From: a virus | Strand: one strand, 5' to 3' | Virus record (IMG/VR): IMGVR_UViG_3300033489_000003 | Location: 1-64,000 of that record | Length of the DNA: 64,000 nucleotides | Shown here: one piece after another, positions 57,912 to 64,000 of the stretch | Layout of the letters: each line of letters opens with the position of its first letter | Position numbering within the stretch: the stretch's first letter is position 1 | Notes under the pieces: generated by a model | Databases searched by the model: none | The model's input: only the letters and a program-made list of their open reading frames with translations | What the model was told of the DNA's origin: nothing | Program-made: the position numbers and the translations under genes

Positions 57912-58763
57912 TTACGGGAACTGCGCGCACGACATCTCTGCGTACGGGATTGTGTCGTTGTCGTTGTACGCCGTGACCGATAGCCACCAGCTTCCTTGCG
58001 CGGCGTAAATCTGCACCAAGGCATCGTCCAGGTTGCCCTGGAGCAGCGTAAGACCGCAAAACGTACGGGCCGTGCTAGGGCCTCTCGTCGTTTGACCAGG
58101 TCCAGCAGAAAAGACGCGCCAAATGTTGAACGGGCGGTTCGGGTGCAAACACTTGACCCATGCGGCGAGCGCTGGCGTACCGAACGCGCGCAGCTTCCAC
58201 ATGTTCACGACAGGATCGATGGATACGTACTCAAGCGTGGTTTCATCGTCCCCGCCGGCCGACATGCCACTTACGCCGGTTATCCAGCAGAAATTGTCAG
58301 GGTACGAAAACAGGTCGATCTGCTGATCTACATGACCCGAGCCGGCACCCTGCGGCCAATAGAGCTGGAAAGGATTCGTGTCTGACGAGCCGAATGCTCC
58401 AGCGGGTAGCGAGTAATTGGAGAACGACTCGCAACGTGCGCCAGCCCGTGCGAATTCACCTCCGCCATATCCGCCCTGCGGGGAAGCGACGAAGTTGCCC
58501 GGCAACACAAGCCACGTCGCACCGCTCTTCGCTACACCGTTCGGCCAATTCGCCGACCCTGCATGCGCAAGCGATGCCTGAAAATATGTCGGCCGACAGA
58601 ATCTCAGAGGAGCGGCCGGAATCGACCCGTAGCCATTCGTGGTCGCGTAGTCGATCGTCAACCCTTGCGCCTGCTCATCTGGCGCTTGGTTTAGCGTCGC
58701 CTCAGGCGCGTTACCGCACGCGGCGAGCAGGGTGACCATCAACAACATCAGACTTCGTTTCAT
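57912..58763 (-). CDS. Cys-containing lipoprotein (paralogue of 46716-47516)
   Basis: Lipobox LAAC; GNLDD motif. Confidence 0.7.
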   Translation of the reverse strand: MKRSLMLLMVTLLAACGNAPEATLNQAPDEQAQGLTIDYATTNGYGSIPAAPLRFCRPTYFQASLAHAGSANWPNGVAKSGATWLVLPGNFVASPQGGYGGGEFARAGARCESFSNYSLPAGAFGSSDTNPFQLYWPQGAGSGHVDQQIDLFSYPDNFCWITGVSGMSAGGDDETTLEYVSIDPVVNMWKLRAFGTPALAAWVKCLHPNRPFNIWRVFSAGPGQTTRGPSTARTFCGLTLLQGNLDDALVQIYAAQGSWWLSVTAYNDNDTIPYAEMSCAQFP

Positions 58764-59131
58764 GATTGGTTTGCTTCCTTCTCCCCGCCCTTAGAACTTC
58801 CACCGAGCGCAGCCAGACAGTGCTCACATGTCGGCCGCATCTTGGCGCTGCCCCACCGAAGCGTGACGTACATGCCGCACGCGGTCGGATCGCACGTCGC
58901 GTCCGCCGACGGCTTGCGGCCGTCCTTCGTCGCGCACCAGCGGTCGCGAGACTGCACGCACCAGACGTCATCCGCATTCATCGCCGCGACGATGCGCTTC
59001 GCGAGCCGCAACATCTTCGGCGTGTCGCCCCACATCTTCGCCACCGGCTCATCGTTGAGGCGGATCGAGATGCTTCCGTAGCGGCCACCTGGCAGATGGT
59101 GGTTGACGGTCCATTGCTTGGGCTTGCTCAT
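58760..59131 (-). CDS. hypothetical Cys-rich protein
   Basis: GGAGG RBS; coupled ORF. Confidence 0.55.
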   Translation of the reverse strand: MSKPKQWTVNHHLPGGRYGSISIRLNDEPVAKMWGDTPKMLRLAKRIVAAMNADDVWCVQSRDRWCATKDGRKPSADATCDPTACGMYVTLRWGSAKMRPTCEHCLAALGGSSKGGEKEANQS

Positions 59132-59412
59132 CGTGCGCCTCCGTCTCGGAGTTCGAAGACGCACCCGCAGCCGTCGTAGACGCGATAGATGGCAGACGAT
59201 GCGCCGCGCTCTCGGCAGCGAGAGACGCAGCCGGCCATGGCGCCGTCTTGGTAACTAGGGCCGGGGTTGCAGCCGGCGAGGAGTAGCGAGGCGCCGCTAG
59301 CCAACACGAATTGGCTTGTTTTGCGCCATTTCACCAGTGCAAAGGCGCGTAGTATCTCACTTATTCTTTGGCACGCAGACTCCAAGGGTGTGCTTTCCCG
59401 CGCAAGCTTCAT
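59128..59412 (-). CDS. hypothetical lipoprotein-like protein
   Basis: LLLAGC; coupled ORF. Confidence 0.45.
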   Translation of the reverse strand: MKLARESTPLESACQRISEILRAFALVKWRKTSQFVLASGASLLLAGCNPGPSYQDGAMAGCVSRCRERGASSAIYRVYDGCGCVFELRDGGAR

Positions 59413-60878
59413 AGCCGCTCATCTCCCGCGATCTCTTCAGCCGATCGCCATTCTACCACCGGATCGCGATCTCGCTCGATTCGTACCGCGTGCGCTAGCT
59501 CATGAAGCGCCGCGCGCTGCACCTGTCGGTCGGCCCTTTTCCAAATCGTCTTGATGTTCTCGATCCGCAAGAGCGCCTCACGCCGAAGACCTGCGTTCTC
59601 GAGCGGCGACGGCCTGGCTTGCTGAGCCGCCTTCGACTCCAACCGCGTCCGCGCCTCGTCGACCTTGGCCAAGGATGCGACCAGCTCAGCCTTGGTCATT
59701 CCCGCGTCTGAGAACGCCTCCAGGAATCGCTCGCGCTTCTTCTGGAGTCTGACCCGCTCCGCCACGAAGTCGACCGTCTTAGCCGGCTTCTGTGGCTCTG
59801 GCCCACGGCCCAACTCGTCGCGCAGTTCCACAAGCCGAGCCAGCGTCATGTCAGCCACCAATGGGTCGAAGTGTTTGACCTGCATGTAGTGGGACCCTGG
59901 GCAGGCGCGATGGCACCGGTAATAGTAAGTGTAGTTCTTGGCGCCAGTGTAGAAGCCGCCGCCGTAGGATGCGCCAAGCCTTGCTCCGCATCTTCCGCAC
60001 CGCCCGATCTCACGAAGCAGCCAGTCCTTGGTGCGGGACCCCGCCTGCGGCGCCGCACCGACGAGGCGCCGAGAATCAAGAGCTGCCTGCGCGCGCGCGA
60101 AGACATCCGCGTCGATGAGCGGCTCGTGCATGCCCTTGATCCAAACGCCGCGCGTATCTTTCGTCTCGCCGAGGTAGATGCGGTGACGCAGCGTCTTGTT
60201 GACGAGCTTCTTGTCCCAGCCACGATGACGATAGGTCTTCGTGAGGTGGTCGAGAATCGTCCCGATGGCCGCGCCGCGGATGCACATCCGGTACATCTCG
60301 CGAACGATCGCTGCGCCATCGGCGTCGACGATGAGCACGTTGTGTTCGAGTCGAGAGACGCCCTTGCGCGGCGGACGCACGTAGCCGATCGGCGCGAGTC
60401 CGTCGATGTAGTAGCCGCGATCTCGCAGCAGACGTCTCGTTCCAACCGTCCGCTCTTTGATGCGCTTGTGTTCTTCCCTGGCGACGAGCACTCGAACGCC
60501 GAGCATCGTGTCACCGTCTCGGGTCGACGGGTCGCACCTGTCGCCGACGGCGTAGAACGAGACGCCAGCCTCAAGCAATCTTCTGATGCTGCCGTATGTG
60601 AACTCTGGATCGCGCGACCACCGGTCGAGCTTGTCGCACACGACGAGGTCGCCCTTGCGCGCCTCTTTGAGCAGAAGCTGGATCTGCTCTCGCTTTTCGA
60701 TCCGCTCGTAGACTGCGCTCTCGGCTTCAACATAGAACCGCGTTACCTTTAGGCCGCGTGCTTTCGCGTACGCCGAGATGGCGTCTTGCTGATCTTGGAG
60801 TGACGTTCCCCTTGCTTGATCTTCGCTGGAAACTCTCGCGTAGCCGAATACTCGGCCGACTGTTCCGGCTCCGGACAT
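59409..60878 (-). CDS. large serine recombinase (integrase)
   Basis: GYARVSS..Q, KLDRWSR, recombinase domain, CGRCG...YYRC Zn ribbon, coiled coil. Confidence 0.92.
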   Translation of the reverse strand: MSGAGTVGRVFGYARVSSEDQARGTSLQDQQDAISAYAKARGLKVTRFYVEAESAVYERIEKREQIQLLLKEARKGDLVVCDKLDRWSRDPEFTYGSIRRLLEAGVSFYAVGDRCDPSTRDGDTMLGVRVLVAREEHKRIKERTVGTRRLLRDRGYYIDGLAPIGYVRPPRKGVSRLEHNVLIVDADGAAIVREMYRMCIRGAAIGTILDHLTKTYRHRGWDKKLVNKTLRHRIYLGETKDTRGVWIKGMHEPLIDADVFARAQAALDSRRLVGAAPQAGSRTKDWLLREIGRCGRCGARLGASYGGGFYTGAKNYTYYYRCHRACPGSHYMQVKHFDPLVADMTLARLVELRDELGRGPEPQKPAKTVDFVAERVRLQKKRERFLEAFSDAGMTKAELVASLAKVDEARTRLESKAAQQARPSPLENAGLRREALLRIENIKTIWKRADRQVQRAALHELAHAVRIERDRDPVVEWRSAEEIAGDERL

Positions 60879-60989
60879 GCGAGGAGCGGTAACAGCATCG
60901 CGGCGAGTCGGTCAAAGCCGTTCGACATGATGAACTCCTATTCTTTCTCCACACTTGCGCGCATGTTCCGGCTTGCGTCGGACGGATGT

Positions 60990-61175
60990 TCAGCGAACGA
61001 CATCTGGCGCCGCCTTTCTCAAGTAGTTCCTCGACGTGACCACCCTGAATCCGTCCGCAAACTCAACTAACGCGCTGTTGAGCGCGCCTCGCACGACGAC
61101 GCGACATCTCTGCCCGAAACGCTCGGCCAGCCTAGTGCGCACGCGCCACACGCGGTCGTATTGGTCAACGCGCAT
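60990..61175 (-). CDS. small hypothetical phage protein
   Basis: GGAG RBS; RGALNSALVEFADG.RVVTSRN. Confidence 0.55.
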   Translation of the reverse strand: MRVDQYDRVWRVRTRLAERFGQRCRVVVRGALNSALVEFADGFRVVTSRNYLRKAAPDVVR

Positions 61176-61370
61176 CGCGCTTCTCCAAGAGCCGGTGGAG
61201 GATTATCTCCCCGATGGGTTTCACGCCGCTCTCGCTGCGTATTCCGCTCAGCGCCGCTTCGAGTTTCGCGGCCCAGTCAACCGCCGCTTCCTTCTCCGCC
61301 CGCACGGCGTCTAGCTCGGCGAGGAGCGCGAACCTGTCGGCCTGCGTAAACTCAGAACGCGGCTTCTTGT

Positions 61371-61506
61371 GGGAAGCGGGCAGGACTCGAACCTGCGACC
61401 CAAAGATCCGGTAACGATTCTCGGCCGGCCCGTCACCGGGCAAAGATGTGAGAACCGATATCCCTTGCGGGAATTCTTTTGCTCTACCGACTGAGCTACC
61501 GCTTCC
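61371..61506 (-). ncRNA. tRNA mimic 2 with expanded anticodon arm (Y-RNA-related)
   Basis: Acceptor GGAAGCG/CGCTTCC, D arm TAGCTCAGTCGGTAGAGC, T arm GCAGGTTCGAGTCCTGC; large insert replaces the anticodon loop. Confidence 0.8.
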
Positions 61507-61519
61507 AAAAAACGAACAG

Positions 61520-61580
61520 CGCGGATAAAGAGGCAGCAGACCGATTTCTATTAGCGAGAACAGTCTGCCTGCGACCCGCG
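61520..61580 (-). ncRNA. Y-RNA-like hairpin 2
   Basis: 5' CGCGGGTCGCAG ... CTTTATCCGCG 3' terminal stem with bulged C. Confidence 0.6.
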
Positions 61581-61583
61581 TCG

Positions 61584-61706
61584 GGGATCCGTCCCGGAAT
61601 CGAACCGGGATATCTACCTTAAATGGGTAACGGTCACTCAGCGGCCCGCGAACGGGCAAAGTACGACTGACCGGTTTTAGCGTCCTGCCTTTAGACGAAC
61701 GGATCC
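61584..61706 (-). ncRNA. tRNA mimic 1 with expanded anticodon arm (Y-RNA-related)
   Basis: Acceptor GGATCCG/CGGATCC, D arm TTCGTCTAAAGGCAGGACG, T arm CCCGGTTCGATTCCGGG. Confidence 0.78.
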
Positions 61707-61710
61707 ATAA

Positions 61711-61770
61711 GAGCGAATAAGGAGCGCTACCGGAGTCATCCCAAAGATAACCGGTAACTTCGACTCGCTC
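61711..61770 (-). ncRNA. Y-RNA-like hairpin 1
   Basis: 5' GAGCGAGTCGAAG ... CTTATTCGCTC 3'; GNCGAA motif of bacterial Y RNAs. Confidence 0.65.
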
Positions 61771-61775
61771 AACAC

Positions 61776-61805
61776 ACATATTCCCCATTCCTTTCGAATT
61801 GTCAA
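61776..61805 (-). promoter_or_regulatory. putative promoter for the ncRNA cluster
   Basis: Perfect TTGACA at 61805-61800, about 30 nt before hairpin 1; -10 box weak. Confidence 0.45.
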
Positions 61806-61808
61806 TAG

Positions 61809-63497
61809 TCAGTTTCGAGCAAAGTCGGCCATGAGGGCCGGCGCCGCAGAATCGAATCCTACGAAGTCCAACATTCCGGCATCGTTGGGATCGGCGATCG
61901 TGAACTCCGTTGCTGTCATGCCAACTACGGCTAGTTTGGCTGGTCGGCTGAGCTTCTCCCGGTACGCGCGGAGCGCCTGGAATGGATGAATCGTCCCTGC
62001 CCAAGTTTCGTTGTCCGTGTAGACCTGGAACATGTCGACCTCGATATCGGAGCCGGCTGCGTAGAGCATGGGCAATGCGCAATCGGTTCCGCCCATGGGC
62101 AGCTTTGCTATCGCGCGGATGACGTCGTCGAGGCGCTGCTTGGGGCTGATATCGATCGGCGTGAAACCCGGCGCTCCGCCGCCATGCATGCCACCGTACC
62201 CGCGTCCGTTCATCGGTGCCGTAAACCCGAATATGTGCCAGTTTTTCTCTGTGCGAGCAGTCACCATTGCCATCGCTGCGCTGGCCACGCGCGGCGTGAG
62301 ACCAGGGCAGCCAGCGATTGCGCCGCTTTCCATAGACCCTGAGACATCAAGGCCGATCAGGATGTTCTTGCCCGTCGGCTCCACCGCCTGAAACGCCAGG
62401 TAGAACGCTTCGTCGAGCGCGTCGACAATCTCCCGCGCTGGAGCCCAGGTGAGCTTGCCCTTATCCCCGTGGCCTTGCTGATAGACGCGCAGCGCCGACA
62501 GGAGCGCGATCGGGTGAACGCGCGCCTTCTTGATCCTGTCGGCGTCGGCGATCATGCCGGCCGCCAGCTTGACGTGCTCGCCCATCGGCTTGAAGAGCCC
62601 GACTGCCGTCATCTTCGCGAGGTTGCGGACCAGCGCCGTCTGCGGCATCTCTTCGAGCAGCGCTTCCCACACGTCCACCGAGTTCTTGTGCTCTGTCGGG
62701 ATCATCTCGTGGGTGAATCGATGTTGCCGGATGAGCTTCGCGGTCGTCTTCGGATCCGGCGACGCCTTGAGCTCATCGTACGCGGCGAGAAGTGCTGGCA
62801 ACGCTTCCAGCCTGCTCGGGTACTGGACTGCGCGCTCTTCCTTTCCGGCCATGCGCTTCATGCCGCGCTCGCCCATCGGGGCGCCTACGCACCAACGGAA
62901 CGCGGCGTCATGCTGCGGCGTGGGCGCCTTCGGATGCGATAGACGCAGCACGTCACGATGGGCCCAACCGTAGCGCTGTTGATACTTGAGCAGCTGCTGA
63001 GCGAGCCTGTCGGGCTCCTTCGCGGTGTACCACCGAGCAACCGCCGAGCGCAGACCTCGCCCCCACTTGCGGAAGTTCTCCACGTCACGAACGAAGTGGA
63101 ACAGGTGGGTGCCGATGCGGCAGACTTTCGGGAGAGCAGCAAGCGCAATAGCCCTTGTTTCCGGCCTGCTATCAGCGGCCGCCATCGCGAGCGCGAAGAT
63201 CGCCGGGTCGTTCTTGGGCGCGCGACCGGCGTCGGAAATCTCGACGATCCGAGCGACCGTGCGCGCCCCGTCTTCTGCGAGGCAGTCGAGGACGACTTGC
63301 GCGTTGTCGCGCGTGAGCGCCCGCTCAGAGGCGTAGTAGGTCCCGCCGTCAGCGCCCAAGATGAGCCAGCGATCAAGCCGCGCCCACTTGTCGAGCGTGA
63401 ACGCGAAGCCCCCAGCGGAGTTCTTCTTCTGGTCGCTCCGCGCAGACTCCGACTGCGGCGTCTTCAGCGTGGAAAAGTGTTGCCCATAGTTCGACAT
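61809..63497 (-). CDS. rsr: Ro60/TROVE-domain RNA-binding protein with vWA domain
   Basis: NSAGGFAF, GGTYYASE, HRDVLRLSHP, ALVRNL, RVHP, MIDAS DVSGSM, GGTDCALP, TDNETW. Confidence 0.95.
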   Translation of the reverse strand: MSNYGQHFSTLKTPQSESARSDQKKNSAGGFAFTLDKWARLDRWLILGADGGTYYASERALTRDNAQVVLDCLAEDGARTVARIVEISDAGRAPKNDPAIFALAMAAADSRPETRAIALAALPKVCRIGTHLFHFVRDVENFRKWGRGLRSAVARWYTAKEPDRLAQQLLKYQQRYGWAHRDVLRLSHPKAPTPQHDAAFRWCVGAPMGERGMKRMAGKEERAVQYPSRLEALPALLAAYDELKASPDPKTTAKLIRQHRFTHEMIPTEHKNSVDVWEALLEEMPQTALVRNLAKMTAVGLFKPMGEHVKLAAGMIADADRIKKARVHPIALLSALRVYQQGHGDKGKLTWAPAREIVDALDEAFYLAFQAVEPTGKNILIGLDVSGSMESGAIAGCPGLTPRVASAAMAMVTARTEKNWHIFGFTAPMNGRGYGGMHGGGAPGFTPIDISPKQRLDDVIRAIAKLPMGGTDCALPMLYAAGSDIEVDMFQVYTDNETWAGTIHPFQALRAYREKLSRPAKLAVVGMTATEFTIADPNDAGMLDFVGFDSAAPALMADFARN

Positions 63498-63522
63498 GTA
63501 GATGCTCCTATCTTCCGTTGCG

Positions 63523-63816
63523 TCAGCCTTCTGTACTCCCAAACCACCCAACGCCCAACCTCTTCGCCCACTCGCCAGCGGTCCGCGTCACGACGTCCGC
63601 GCCATCCTGGTCAATCTGCGCGATGTCACCGTCCTCGTCACACCACATCCCAAGCTCCTCCTCGTCCGGCCACTGCCGCCACAGCGCGTCGTCCGTCTCG
63701 TCGTAGTTGTCTCGGCATTCGCCCGTCTGCTCGAACAGCGCCGTCCACGCGTCCGCGACGTCGGCCGCGACGACGAGATCGCAGTCGGAGAACTCGAAGA
63801 CGTGGAGGGGGGTCAT
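63523..63816 (-). CDS. acidic hypothetical protein
   Basis: GGAAGG RBS; protein-like ORF. Confidence 0.55.
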   Translation of the reverse strand: MTPLHVFEFSDCDLVVAADVADAWTALFEQTGECRDNYDETDDALWRQWPDEEELGMWCDEDGDIAQIDQDGADVVTRTAGEWAKRLGVGWFGSTEG

Positions 63817-64000
63817 CGGCCTTCCAGCTTGTCGAGGTCAACGTGTCCGCCTGTCGCAGCAAACAAAGCATCGGTTAGAGTACGCACGCGCGCTTCGGCG
63901 GCTTCAACGCTCTTGAGCAGTTCATCTATGCGCTCTCGCTGGTCCATCGTCTGGTCAAGGAGCGCCTCATTGCATGCATGTGTCCTCGCCTGCGTTGCCT

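Noticed and set aside
61371-61706. Functional tRNA genes
   Set aside because: No 7-nt anticodon loop; long structured inserts and the rsr context favour tRNA mimics.
61165-62082. 305-aa - strand ORF
   Set aside because: It overlaps rsr out of frame and runs through the structured RNA cluster; only the last 60 or so codons look protein-like.

Overview
The window is almost entirely a GC-rich temperate myovirus-type phage or prophage. The host is probably Myxococcota, inferred from its Cys-rich lipoproteins with Gly/Ala 'DAG' linkers. A + strand block (about 1-47.8 kb) runs terminase, portal, head, Mu-like contractile tail and baseplate, fibres and lysis. A convergent - strand block (about 47.9-64 kb) carries early and accessory genes, including a large serine recombinase. 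Four RNA-centred modules stand out. (1) A stand-alone Cas7/RAMP-like gene (621-1454) and a partner gene are followed directly by a 450-nt array of GGY-NN pentamers, divided by GGCA tetramers into seven units of 10-14 pentamers, and then an HNH gene. This is a candidate non-CRISPR RNA-guided system whose variable information sits only in the NN dinucleotides. (2) An array-less type IV-B-like cassette (csf1, cas11, csf2, csf3, cysH) also carries a Zn-finger-Cas6-like gene and a tyrosine-phosphatase-like gene. (3) A solo TnpB with an intact catalytic triad lies just upstream of that cassette. (4) A Ro60/TROVE gene is followed by four alternating Y-RNA-like hairpins and tRNA mimics whose anticodon arms are replaced by a Ro-binding-like helix. 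All calls come from reading motifs by eye; no searches were run.
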